Assembly (NCBI GenBank): GCA_037142615.1
Contig: JBAXAI010000001.1
Span: forward strand, 192,001-256,000
Source of the DNA: Spirochaetales bacterium
GTDB taxonomy: Bacteria; Spirochaetota; Spirochaetia; JABEVK01
Direction: 5' to 3'
Length of the DNA: 64,000 bases
Within the stretch, counting starts at the first letter, position 1, and every line of letters begins with the position of its first letter. A program made the position numbers and the translations under genes. Below the pieces are notes generated by a model, which did no database searches, had not been told where the DNA came from, and was given only the letters and a program-made list of their open reading frames with translations. Below are positions 36,536 through 45,727 of the stretch, piece after piece.

Positions 36536-37977
36536 TTCCCATGGAGGAGTCTCTGAGTTACGACGACGTTTTGCTGAAACCTGGCTTTGCCGATTTCTTG
36601 CCCCATGAGGTCACGGTCAAAACTCAACTGACCAAGAAGATCGCCCTCAACGTTCCAATTCTCGCTGCCGCCATGGACACCGTGTCGGAAGACCGCTTGG
36701 CGATTGCCTTGGCGCTCGAAGGCGGGGCGGCCGTGATCCACCGGAACCTGACGCCACAAGTTCAGGCCGAACACGTGGGCCGTGTCAAACGCTACCTCAA
36801 CTGGGTCATCGAGAATCCCGTGGTTGTCCGCAAGGGCGAAACCGTCGATGCCGTGCAGAAAATCATGATCCAATACGGCGTTTCTGGTTTGCCCGTGGTC
36901 GATGCGGAGCGAAAGCTGGTCGGGATCATCACCGGTCGCGATCTCAGGTTTTGCACCGACTACACGCAGTTGGTCGAGAACGTGATGACCAAGAACCCCG
37001 TCGTCGAGGTCGGCACTGTCAGCCTCGCGACGGCCGAAGAGAAGTTCAACCGCTACAAAATCGAAAAGCTTCCGGTCGTAGACGACGATGGTCGTTTGAT
37101 TGGCCTGGTCACTGTAAAGGACATGGAAAAGCATCAGGCCTTTCCGAACGCGAGCGTGGATGAGAGTGGGCGCTTGGTCGTGGGGGCCGCCATCAGCCCA
37201 CAGGACTGGGAGAAACGCATTCCGCTGCTGCTTCAGTCCCGGGTCGATTTCGTGGTTCTCGACACCGCTCATGGTGACAGCGCCAACGTGGTCAGCGCCG
37301 TCAGGTCCATCAAGACCAAGTATCCCGACCTTCAAGTGATCGGCGGGAACGTGGCGACCCGCGAGGGTACCCGGAGGCTAATCGAAGCAGGGGCCGATGC
37401 CGTCAAAGTCGGGGTGGGCCCTGGCTCGATCTGCACCACCCGAATTGTGGCCGGTATCGGCGTCGCGCAGTTTTCGGCCGTCTATGACTGCGCCGAAGAA
37501 GCCCTCAAGTCGGGCATTCCTGTGATCGCCGATGGCGGCATCAAGTTTTCGGGTGACATCGTGAAGGCCATCGGAGCCGGGGCCGCCACGGTGATGCTTG
37601 GCAACCTGTTTGCCGGGCTCAAGGAGGCCCCCGGTAAGGAAATCATCTACGAGGGCCGTATTTTCAAGGAATATCGCGGCATGGGCTCGTTAGGCGCCAT
37701 CAAGGAAGGTTCCGGAGATCGCTACGCCATGGACAAGAAGGCCGATCCGGTACCAGAGGGCATCGAGGGCAGGGTGCCCTTCAAGGGCGAGCTGAAGCCC
37801 TTTGTGCATCAGTTGGTCACCGGCCTCAAGAAGGGGATGGGCTACACCGGGTGCAAGAACCTCCTCGAATTGCGGACCTACCGCAAATTCGTTAAGATCA
37901 GCGCAGCTGGACTGCGGGAAAGCCACGCACACGATGTCTACATCACGCAGGAATCTCCCAACTACTCCCGGAACTAA
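36532..37977 (+). CDS. guaB: IMP dehydrogenase
   Basis: CBS pair; [31 protein letters not shown]. Confidence 0.97.
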   Translation: MIPMEESLSYDDVLLKPGFADFLPHEVTVKTQLTKKIALNVPILAAAMDTVSEDRLAIALALEGGAAVIHRNLTPQVQAEHVGRVKRYLNWVIENPVVVRKGETVDAVQKIMIQYGVSGLPVVDAERKLVGIITGRDLRFCTDYTQLVENVMTKNPVVEVGTVSLATAEEKFNRYKIEKLPVVDDDGRLIGLVTVKDMEKHQAFPNASVDESGRLVVGAAISPQDWEKRIPLLLQSRVDFVVLDTAHGDSANVVSAVRSIKTKYPDLQVIGGNVATREGTRRLIEAGADAVKVGVGPGSICTTRIVAGIGVAQFSAVYDCAEEALKSGIPVIADGGIKFSGDIVKAIGAGAATVMLGNLFAGLKEAPGKEIIYEGRIFKEYRGMGSLGAIKEGSGDRYAMDKKADPVPEGIEGRVPFKGELKPFVHQLVTGLKKGMGYTGCKNLLELRTYRKFVKISAAGLRESHAHDVYITQESPNYSRN

Positions 37978-37987
37978 GGAAGCAACC

Positions 37988-39217
37988 ATGAACATCGTTG
38001 TTGTGGGCGCCCAATGGGGCGATGAAGGGAAGGGCAAGATTGTCGACTTCCTTTCCGAAAAGGCCGAACTTGTGGTGAGGTTCTCAGGTGGCGCCAACGC
38101 TGGCCACACCATTATCCACGGCGACAAGGTGTACAAACTGCACTTGGTACCCTCCGGAATCGTCAGCCCGGGCAAGCTGTCCTTGCTCGGAGCGGGCATG
38201 GTTGTTGACCCAGTTGCGCTTTTCAACGAGCTGGACGAGTTGTCGGCGGCGGGCGTGCAATGGAAGGGTCGCGTGTTCGTGAGCGACCGGGCTCATCTGG
38301 TGCTTTCTACCTACAAAGAACTTGACCAGCAGATGGAAAAACAGCGGCGCATTCCGATCGGGACGACGGGTCGAGGCATCGGCGTGACCTATGCACTCAA
38401 GGCCCACCGCGACGGCGTTCGCGTCGGCGACTTGTTCAGCGAACAAATCTGGAGTCATCTGCGCCCGGCCGAGAAGGAGTTTCTGGCTCCTTTCCGTGAG
38501 CGGCTTCGACCGTTGGTTGTGGACCAAGCGGCGTTCATGCGAGCACGCAAAGGCCAACCCACGCTCTTTGAAGGGGCACAGGGTGTGCTCCTTGACCTCG
38601 ACTGGGGTACCTATCCTTTTGTTAGCTCAGGTTATTCTGCGGCAGGTGGTGCGGCCCTCGGCGGTGGAATCGGTCCTCGCGCCATTGACAGGGTCTACGG
38701 AGTGTTCAAGGCCTACACCACACGTGTCGGCAACGGGCCGTTCCCAACCGAGTTCCGTGCAGAGCGCGACGGAGATTTGGGCGAGCAGATCCGCTCCATC
38801 GGCAAAGAATACGGAGTCACCACCGGTCGTGCGCGTCGGACGGGCTTTCTTGATCTGGTGGCCCTCCGTTACGCCTGCTGGACCAACAGCCTCGACGGCC
38901 TGGTGATTACCAAGCTCGATATCTACGATTCCTTCGATACGATCAAAGTCTGCACCGGCTACATAATTGATGGTCAACTGACGGTGGACTTCCCGACCAC
39001 CATCGAGGCGCTCGACAAGGCTGTGCCCGTCATTCAGGAGTTCCCCGGTTGGAAGACCGACTTGAGCGTGCTCCGCGAGTTCGAGCAGCTTCCCAAACAA
39101 GTCGTGGCGTACCTCGCGTTCATCGAGGCGTTTGTCGAGACCCCCATCACTGTGATTTCGGTGGGACCTGACAAAGCCCAAACCTTTCAAAGGAAGGACC
39201 CGTGGACAAGATCCTGA
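37988..39217 (+). CDS. purA: adenylosuccinate synthetase
   Basis: GAQWGDEGKGK, GGANAGHT, FEGAQG, YGVTTGRARR. Confidence 0.97.
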   Translation: MNIVVVGAQWGDEGKGKIVDFLSEKAELVVRFSGGANAGHTIIHGDKVYKLHLVPSGIVSPGKLSLLGAGMVVDPVALFNELDELSAAGVQWKGRVFVSDRAHLVLSTYKELDQQMEKQRRIPIGTTGRGIGVTYALKAHRDGVRVGDLFSEQIWSHLRPAEKEFLAPFRERLRPLVVDQAAFMRARKGQPTLFEGAQGVLLDLDWGTYPFVSSGYSAAGGAALGGGIGPRAIDRVYGVFKAYTTRVGNGPFPTEFRAERDGDLGEQIRSIGKEYGVTTGRARRTGFLDLVALRYACWTNSLDGLVITKLDIYDSFDTIKVCTGYIIDGQLTVDFPTTIEALDKAVPVIQEFPGWKTDLSVLREFEQLPKQVVAYLAFIEAFVETPITVISVGPDKAQTFQRKDPWTRS

Positions 39218-40749
39218 TCCTGGATTTCGGTGGCCAGACCTGCCAGTTGATTGGGCGACGGTTGCGCGAAGCGGGGGTGTATTCCGAGATCATCAGCCAC
39301 GACAAACCCTGTACGACCGAACTGCTGCTAGACGTCAAAGGACTGGTCTTTTCCGGCTCACCCTATTCGGTTTATGAGCCAGACTCTCCGCGGGTAGATC
39401 CAAAGTTCCTTCAGGCGGGCCTGCCGGTTCTTGGCATTTGCTACGGCTTCCAGTTGCTCACCGAGACACTGGGAGGCAAGGTGAAGGGGCAGGACCTCAA
39501 GGAATATGGCAGGGTCCCCCTCAAAGTCCAAAGGCAGGATCCCCTGTTTGCTGGGGTCCCACAAGGCTTTCAGAGCTGGATGAGCCACGGCGACAGCATT
39601 GAGTCCCTTGCCCCCGGGTTTGATCTGGTGTGTGAGTCGGACAACCATCCTGCCGCTGCCTGGGACTCCGGACGGCGTTTCTGGGGCATTCAGTTTCATC
39701 CGGAAGTCAGCCATTGCGAGTACGGCAACGTGATTCTTTCCAACTTCGCTCTCGGCATCTGCGGGGCCAAGGCCGACTGGACCATGGAACTGTACTTGGA
39801 AATGGAAGGCTCCAAGATCCGGTCCCGCGTTGGCTCTTCGCCCGTCTTGCTCTTGATCTCGGGCGGAGTGGACTCCACGGTCGCAGGAGTGATGTTGCTC
39901 AAAATCCTCGACCCGGAGCTTGTGCATCTGATGTACATCGACACCGGTCTCATGCGCGCCAACGAATCGACCGAAGTCGAGGTCATCCTGAGAACCCTGG
40001 GCGCAAAACACTTGCATTTGATCCACGCGGAAGCTCGTTTCTTGACGGCCCTCCAAGGCTTGGCCGACCCCGAAGCCAAACGCAAAGCCATTGGCGACAC
40101 GTTTATCCGCGTACAAGAGGAAGAGGTTGCCCGCCTGCAGTTGACCGATTATTTCTTAGCCCAAGGCACACTCTATACCGACCTCATTGAGTCGGGGAAA
40201 GGTGTTGGCAAGAAGGCTCATGTCATCAAGAGTCATCACAACGTCGGTACTCCCTTGGTCGAAGCGAAACGCCAGGCCGGTCGAATAATCGAACCCCTCG
40301 AAATGCTCTACAAGGATGAAGTTCGCGCCTTGGGTGCTCGTTTGGGCCTGCCCGAAGCGGTGGTCTGGAGACACCCCTTCCCCGGACCAGGCTTGGGGAT
40401 AAGGGTTCTTGGCGAAGTCACCAAGGAGAAATGCGACATTTTGCGGCAGGCCGACGCGCTGTATTTGAGTGAGTTGCGCCGCCGAAATCTGTACCGCGAA
40501 ATCTGGCAGGCGTTCGCTGTCTTGCTACCCGTCCGTTCAGTTGGCGTTACTGGTGACGCCCGGGACTACGGTTACGTGCTTGCGCTGCGAGCAGTGACCT
40601 CCAAGGATGGAATGACCGCCGACGTCTACGATTTTCCCATGAAAGACCTTCTGGAAATTTCCAGTCTCATCACCAACCAGGTGAGGGCCGTTGGCCGTGT
40701 GACCTATGACATCTCATCAAAGCCACCATCGACGATTGAGTGGGAGTGA
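39202..40749 (+). CDS. guaA: GMP synthase
   Basis: LGICYG, MSHGD, QFHPEV, SGGVDS, IKSHHNV, RHPFPGPG, KPPSTIEWE. Confidence 0.97.
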   Translation: MDKILILDFGGQTCQLIGRRLREAGVYSEIISHDKPCTTELLLDVKGLVFSGSPYSVYEPDSPRVDPKFLQAGLPVLGICYGFQLLTETLGGKVKGQDLKEYGRVPLKVQRQDPLFAGVPQGFQSWMSHGDSIESLAPGFDLVCESDNHPAAAWDSGRRFWGIQFHPEVSHCEYGNVILSNFALGICGAKADWTMELYLEMEGSKIRSRVGSSPVLLLISGGVDSTVAGVMLLKILDPELVHLMYIDTGLMRANESTEVEVILRTLGAKHLHLIHAEARFLTALQGLADPEAKRKAIGDTFIRVQEEEVARLQLTDYFLAQGTLYTDLIESGKGVGKKAHVIKSHHNVGTPLVEAKRQAGRIIEPLEMLYKDEVRALGARLGLPEAVVWRHPFPGPGLGIRVLGEVTKEKCDILRQADALYLSELRRRNLYREIWQAFAVLLPVRSVGVTGDARDYGYVLALRAVTSKDGMTADVYDFPMKDLLEISSLITNQVRAVGRVTYDISSKPPSTIEWE

Positions 40750-40782
40750 AAATCCTCCGATAGAAACTGCAAGAGGGTTTTC

Positions 40783-41463
40783 ATGATTTATCGCCAATGG
40801 AAAGACCTGTTCACCGAGCACGATGAACGCTCATCGGCTTGGCTCGCCAAGTGGGTCGGCGTGACAACCGAAGAGCTGAACTACTGGGACTTGGAACCGG
40901 AATATGGGGCCTTTGTTGGAGCTGACGGACAGATTCTGGCAGGCAACCATCCTTCCGGGGTCAGTCTGGCCGGTTCAGATCCGCAGAAGCTTCATTTGGG
41001 GTCCTTGGGATCCCTGAAGAGCAGCTACCCCGAATCGCAACTCTGGTTCCTCGATTGGGGCCAACAGACTACAACCTGGACCGAGCTGTTCTCACTTTGG
41101 CAAGCTTGGGAAGATGAAGGCCGTATTTTGGCCAGTGGTCCGGTTCAGGTCGATTTTGACAAGAGCGGTACGTGGAAAGCTCCGGCCTTTGTCCTTTGGA
41201 AAGCAGCACCCGAGGAAGCCTCCTTGGTTGCCACCGTGGTCCGGACCGACGCCCCTTTCGCTGCCGGCGGCGGGCTCCTGGCTCGTGCCCAAGCCTTGCG
41301 CGACGCCCAGTCTGAGGCGGAGCCTGCCTACGCCTATGCCGACGGGGCCAGTGAAGAAGTCCTGCCGATGTTGCCGTTTACGCTCGAAGCCTTGCGCGAT
41401 GAATCCCACCGTTGGCCACGTGGCGTCGAGGCCTTTGCTCCTCGTGGCCAAGCCACTTCTTGA
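40783..41463 (+). CDS. hypothetical protein
   Basis: 226-aa ORF with GAGG SD filling the gap after guaA; no recognised motif. Confidence 0.65.
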   Translation: MIYRQWKDLFTEHDERSSAWLAKWVGVTTEELNYWDLEPEYGAFVGADGQILAGNHPSGVSLAGSDPQKLHLGSLGSLKSSYPESQLWFLDWGQQTTTWTELFSLWQAWEDEGRILASGPVQVDFDKSGTWKAPAFVLWKAAPEEASLVATVVRTDAPFAAGGGLLARAQALRDAQSEAEPAYAYADGASEEVLPMLPFTLEALRDESHRWPRGVEAFAPRGQATS

Positions 41464-41514
41464 CACGGGTCGCAAGAACGGGCTATTTTAGCCTATATTG
41501 ACTGGAGGCATTGG

Positions 41515-41691
41515 ATGGCCAAGAAAGGTATTTCGAAGAACGCCCGGCGCGAAGGGGCTCAGGAGCTTCTGAGCAAGTGGGGCGGGAAGATCCGCATGAA
41601 GTCCGTATTTGAGAACGGAAAGATGCGTCATGTCGCCATCTGCGAAAAGTCGGGCAACACCGCTCGTCGGCCCGCAGAATTGATGGAATAG
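41515..41691 (+). CDS. small basic hypothetical protein (58 aa)
   Basis: Below the ORF-track cutoff: MAKKGISKNARREGAQELLSKWGGKIRMKSVFENGKMRHVAICEKSGNTARRPAELME. GGAGG SD at 41504, TTGACA at 41460, own terminator. Confidence 0.85.
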   Translation: MAKKGISKNARREGAQELLSKWGGKIRMKSVFENGKMRHVAICEKSGNTARRPAELME

Positions 41692-41706
41692 TTCCACTTT
41701 GGTGGG

Positions 41707-41734
41707 AAAGACCGGCCGATGGCCGGTTTTTTTT
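41707..41734 (+). terminator. terminator after the small ORF, likely bidirectional with galM
   Basis: AAAGACCGGCC-gat-GGCCGG-T8. Confidence 0.85.
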
Positions 41735-41746
41735 GCTCAAGTGCAT

Positions 41747-42733
41747 CTACAGGTCGAATGCGTAGACGAACTTGTGTCGATAGGTCTGGCCTGGCTGCAA
41801 GGCAATGCTGGCCCATTCCGGATGGTTGGGGCTGTCCGGGAACCGTTGCGATTCCAGGCAGAACGCAGCATGTTTGACCAGGGTTCGGCCTAGGCGGCCA
41901 CGGATTCCTGCCAGATAGTTTCCCGAATAGAGTTGGAAGCCGCTTTGGTCGGTCGAAAACCTCAGTGCCCGGGTTGTCCCGGGCAACGAAACCTTGGCCA
42001 CTTCCCGGAGTTCGGGCAGGGGGTTGTTGTGAGGTTCTACCACCAGGCAATGGTCGTAGCCACCCGCGACCTGAGCGATGTCTAATCCGAGCGCCTTGGC
42101 GTTCCGGAAATCGAATGGAGTCCCCGAGACTGGGAGCACCGTGCCTCGGGGTAGGTGTTCCGAGTTGGTCTCAAGAACGTGAGAAGCGCTCGACCAAACT
42201 ACGTGATCCAAGACCTGTGCCTGCGAGGGTCCGCCAAGATTGAAGTAGGTGTGATTCGTGAAGTTGACCGGCGTGGGTTGGTCGGTGGTGGCCTCATACT
42301 CGGTGAGCAGAGCGTTTTCTGCGGACAAAGTCATCCGACAAAGAGCCACAAGGTTTCCAGGATACCCTTGGTCTCCGTCGGCGCTGGTCAGTCGAAACTC
42401 GATCGCTTGGGGTCCAAGTTGGCGCGCCTGCCAAACCCGCTGCGAGAAACCGTCCGGGCCGCCGTGCAGTTGGTTGGGGCCATCGTTGGCCTCAAGCTCG
42501 ACGACTCGGTCGCCGAGAGGAAACCTCGCCCGAGCAATTCGGTTTGCAACACGTCCTACTGTAACGCCAAAGTACGGCAGGTTTGGTGTCCATTCGTCTG
42601 CCTCATCAAAGCCTTCGGTGACTTCCAGCCATCCTGTTTCCGTCTTGAGCTGAATTGAGCGGATCGTCGCCCCCAATGCAGATACCTCAACTCGCAAGGA
42701 GGGCGTTTCCAGCAGGTAGCTCGGAACATTCAT
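41747..42733 (-). CDS. galM: aldose 1-epimerase
   Basis: GRVANRI, LHGG, GYPGNL, NFTNHTYFNL, GYDH, FCLESQ. Confidence 0.95.
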   Translation of the reverse strand: MNVPSYLLETPSLRVEVSALGATIRSIQLKTETGWLEVTEGFDEADEWTPNLPYFGVTVGRVANRIARARFPLGDRVVELEANDGPNQLHGGPDGFSQRVWQARQLGPQAIEFRLTSADGDQGYPGNLVALCRMTLSAENALLTEYEATTDQPTPVNFTNHTYFNLGGPSQAQVLDHVVWSSASHVLETNSEHLPRGTVLPVSGTPFDFRNAKALGLDIAQVAGGYDHCLVVEPHNNPLPELREVAKVSLPGTTRALRFSTDQSGFQLYSGNYLAGIRGRLGRTLVKHAAFCLESQRFPDSPNHPEWASIALQPGQTYRHKFVYAFDL

Positions 42734-44676
42734 TTCTTCGGAACCTTGTCTTCATCGAGCAAGTGCTGGTATTTCTGTTCTACGACCTTGCGTTTCACCG
42801 AGAGTTTTTGCGTCAGTTCATCGCCGATCTTGAAGGGATTCCTGAGAGCAACGAACTTGGAGATATTCTCAAACGGCTTGAATCCGTTTTCCCGATTCAC
42901 CAATCGTTTGATTTCCTTGCTGATTTCCTGAAGAACCCTGTTGTGCTTCATCGACTCGCCACTGGTAGCCGTCAGTTCCTCCCAGCTGATTTTCCATTTC
43001 TCGGCCAGATGCTTCAAACGTTCATGATTGACGGTAATGACCGCCTCGAGAGTCTTCTTGTCTTGTCCAAGAACCACCGCGTGGTCAATGAGTTCAGACT
43101 CCTGCAGTTTTTCTTCGATGGGCTCGGGCTCGATATTCTCGCCACCGATCAGGACGATCGTACTCTTGGCTCTGCCTGTAATGATGTAGTCACCGCTCCA
43201 GGTAAGCGCTCCCAAGTCTCCGGTATTCAACCAGCGGTCTGCCGAAAGCACCTCTCCGGTCGCGTGGGGGTTTTTGTAGTAACCTTCCATCACGTTGGGG
43301 CCTCGCACATGGATCATCCCCTTTTCCGTAAGGGCCGCCCGACTGCCGTCTTCCCTCACGATACGTACTTCCACTTCATCCAAGGGAACTCCGATTGAGG
43401 ACGGGACGTTTCGTTCAATGCGCCGCGTAATGGAACCCGGTGAACTTTCAGTCATCCCATAGGCGTTAACGAGAGTCACCCCTATCGTATTGAAGAAAGT
43501 ATCGACGTGGACCGGAAGCGAACCTCCACCTGAGAACGAGGCTCGCAACCGACCTCCCAGGACTTCACGCATCGGTGCCAGCGCCTTGAGGGCAACCCAG
43601 CTGAAAGGAGACAACATCAACCACCACACGGCATGCAACGGAGTCAGCAGAACGGAAAGCAGGGGATTCTTAACCGTGGGACGCCAGCCACGAAGGGCCA
43701 GACCACTGCGGTACCGGGCCTGCGCAACCCAAACGAAGCCCAAGATGAGTCCTTTCTTGAGGCCGTGTTCCTTAAGGATCTTGTCGCGAATCTTGAGATA
43801 CACCGACTCCCAAACCCGGGGAACCGATGCCATAATGGTCGGCTTTTCGCGGATCAAGTCCTCGCTCAGCGTGCGGACGCTTGAATAGTAAATCATCATC
43901 ATGCAAGCCGAAGTGCAGAACTCGAAACACCGTTCATAGACATGCCATATCGGCAGGATTGACACCGTCACTTCACCGGCATTCCGATCCACATGCAATA
44001 GGGGGCTGATCGCCCGCACGTTGTGCAGGAAGTTAGCATGAGTCAGCATGACGCCCTTGGGATTTCCCGAGGTTCCACTGGTGTAGATGATCGACGCAAT
44101 GTTCGTTGGCTCGCAGGCCTTGCGCAAGTCCCGAATCAGTTCAGGTTTGTCTGCCAGACGAACTCCGCCGCGGGATCTCAGCGAGGAGTACGTCCTCACT
44201 TTGTCCTTCCAGGCAATCGGCAGAGAAGCAAGCGAACTCACTTCGGGATCGTCCATAAGAAAGACCAGCTCAGGCAAACGGTCGTCGGAAGTGAACTCCG
44301 GATAAAGGGACTCGAGGTTGGCCAAGCCCTCCAAGATCAAATATTTCGAATCCGAGTGGTCGAAGATGAACTTCTGTTCCTTCGGGGTAGTGTCGGAACC
44401 CCTTGGAACCGAAGGCGCGCTTAGCGACAGCAACGCTTGATCGGTGACTGCCCAGTCGTAGCGGTTGTCAGCGAACAACGCCACATGATCGCCTGCTTTG
44501 ACTCCGGCTTCATCCAGGCCCGCAGCCAGAAGGTCGACCTCTGCCGCAAACACTTTCCAGGTCCTCGTCTCGAAACCCGTGCCGGCCCGAAACTTATGCG
44601 ACAGCCTGTCGGGATAGAGCTCGGCGTTGCGTTGGGGAATATCGCAAAGTACTCGAAACTGGTAGAAGTCGTTCAA
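42730..44676 (-). CDS. long-chain fatty acid-CoA ligase
   Basis: IYTSGTSGNPKGVMLTH, YGMTE, WLNTGDLG, GRAK, GENIEP. Confidence 0.93.
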   Translation of the reverse strand: MNDFYQFRVLCDIPQRNAELYPDRLSHKFRAGTGFETRTWKVFAAEVDLLAAGLDEAGVKAGDHVALFADNRYDWAVTDQALLSLSAPSVPRGSDTTPKEQKFIFDHSDSKYLILEGLANLESLYPEFTSDDRLPELVFLMDDPEVSSLASLPIAWKDKVRTYSSLRSRGGVRLADKPELIRDLRKACEPTNIASIIYTSGTSGNPKGVMLTHANFLHNVRAISPLLHVDRNAGEVTVSILPIWHVYERCFEFCTSACMMMIYYSSVRTLSEDLIREKPTIMASVPRVWESVYLKIRDKILKEHGLKKGLILGFVWVAQARYRSGLALRGWRPTVKNPLLSVLLTPLHAVWWLMLSPFSWVALKALAPMREVLGGRLRASFSGGGSLPVHVDTFFNTIGVTLVNAYGMTESSPGSITRRIERNVPSSIGVPLDEVEVRIVREDGSRAALTEKGMIHVRGPNVMEGYYKNPHATGEVLSADRWLNTGDLGALTWSGDYIITGRAKSTIVLIGGENIEPEPIEEKLQESELIDHAVVLGQDKKTLEAVITVNHERLKHLAEKWKISWEELTATSGESMKHNRVLQEISKEIKRLVNRENGFKPFENISKFVALRNPFKIGDELTQKLSVKRKVVEQKYQHLLDEDKVPKK

Positions 44677-44802
44677 TTGGTCGGTGCCTCCGCGCCCGAC
44701 AAGGATACCCCGAGTTACCGGATCTGTCCAATCTTTCGGCCGCTATCCAGTTCTTGACAGAGCGCCCAGTGGCACGCTAAGGTCAATCTGCTTTCCAACA
44801 GT

Positions 44803-44874
<72 letters not shown>

Positions 44875-44880
44875 GATCCT

Positions 44881-44908
44881 AAGACTTCCCGAAAGGGGAG
44901 TCTTTTTT
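44881..44908 (+). terminator. terminator after tRNA-Gly
   Basis: AAGACTTCCC-GAAA-GGGGAGTCTT followed by TTTT. Confidence 0.9.
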
Positions 44909-45109
44909 GTGTCTAAGTGTTTACAGCAAAGGGAAGTAGTACCGGATTGATTTGCCCCAACCCCCTCCTTCAACCTCAGGGAAAGTACCCACTCCTCAGC
45001 GCATCGACGAAAGTGTCGACAAAAGTACAACACTGCCATCAACCACATCGAGGACTCCTGTAACCGGGCCAAGACTTCGCGACCTTGGCCGCTGAAGAGT
45101 GTCGGACAC

Positions 45110-45139
45110 TTGACATAAAAGAGTATACACCTGTATACT
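45110..45139 (+). promoter_or_regulatory. sigma70 promoter with overlapping palindromic operator
   Basis: TTGACA-N18-TATACT; AGTATACA-cc-TGTATACT (45122-45139) covers the -10. Confidence 0.75.
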
Positions 45140-45160
45140 TATTGGCGGAGGACGGCACCA

Positions 45161-45400
45161 ATGCGAGTTCCTGACGGGGCATCAAACCTTGAGCTGTTGT
45201 CGGAGCTTCCGGTTCAGTATGCTCCCTCCACAGCCTTTTTTGATCTCTACCAACTCGTTCCCTGGTTGCTGGAGCTCTACCCTGAATGGACGACCGAGGA
45301 TCTCGAGTCGTTCGTCGAAGAAAAGACCCGCAAGAGAGTGGACCCCGAAGACTTGATTACGCTGGCCGCTCTACACCGACGCTACGCGAGAATAAGTTAG
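45161..45400 (+). CDS. small acidic hypothetical protein
   Basis: 79 aa; GGAGG SD; strong promoter upstream. Confidence 0.75.
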   Translation: MRVPDGASNLELLSELPVQYAPSTAFFDLYQLVPWLLELYPEWTTEDLESFVEEKTRKRVDPEDLITLAALHRRYARIS

Positions 45401-45455
45401 CACTGGTTTCTGGTGGATTTCCGGCACAATTGGTGCAACGGCCGTCGGGCCTCCG

Positions 45456-45632
45456 TCAGCTTTGCTGTTGACCGCCTCGAAACCTTGCAGGAAACTCAAA
45501 GGGTCGATTGGCTCCCTGTTGTTTCCAGCTGAACTTTTGCCGGGTACGAGGGTTTGGTGTCTTTGTACGGTCTTGAGGGGCTAGGAGTGCCGCAAGCTCG
45601 TAGACAGTGACTACTTCGTTGGAGTCGTCCAT
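45456..45632 (-). CDS. putative leaderless small protein (58 aa)
   Basis: MDDSNEVVTVYELAALLAPQDRTKTPNPRTRQKFSWKQQGANRPFEFPARFRGGQQQS; TAGAAT ends 6 nt before the ATG. Confidence 0.45.
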   Translation of the reverse strand: MDDSNEVVTVYELAALLAPQDRTKTPNPRTRQKFSWKQQGANRPFEFPARFRGGQQQS

Positions 45633-45727
45633 GGGCCCATTCTACCCGCCAGAGTTGCACTGACAGTGCAACACGCACTTTGGGGCGCATCCTTTTCCTT
45701 TTGAGCCAATTCTGGTACCCTCCAACT

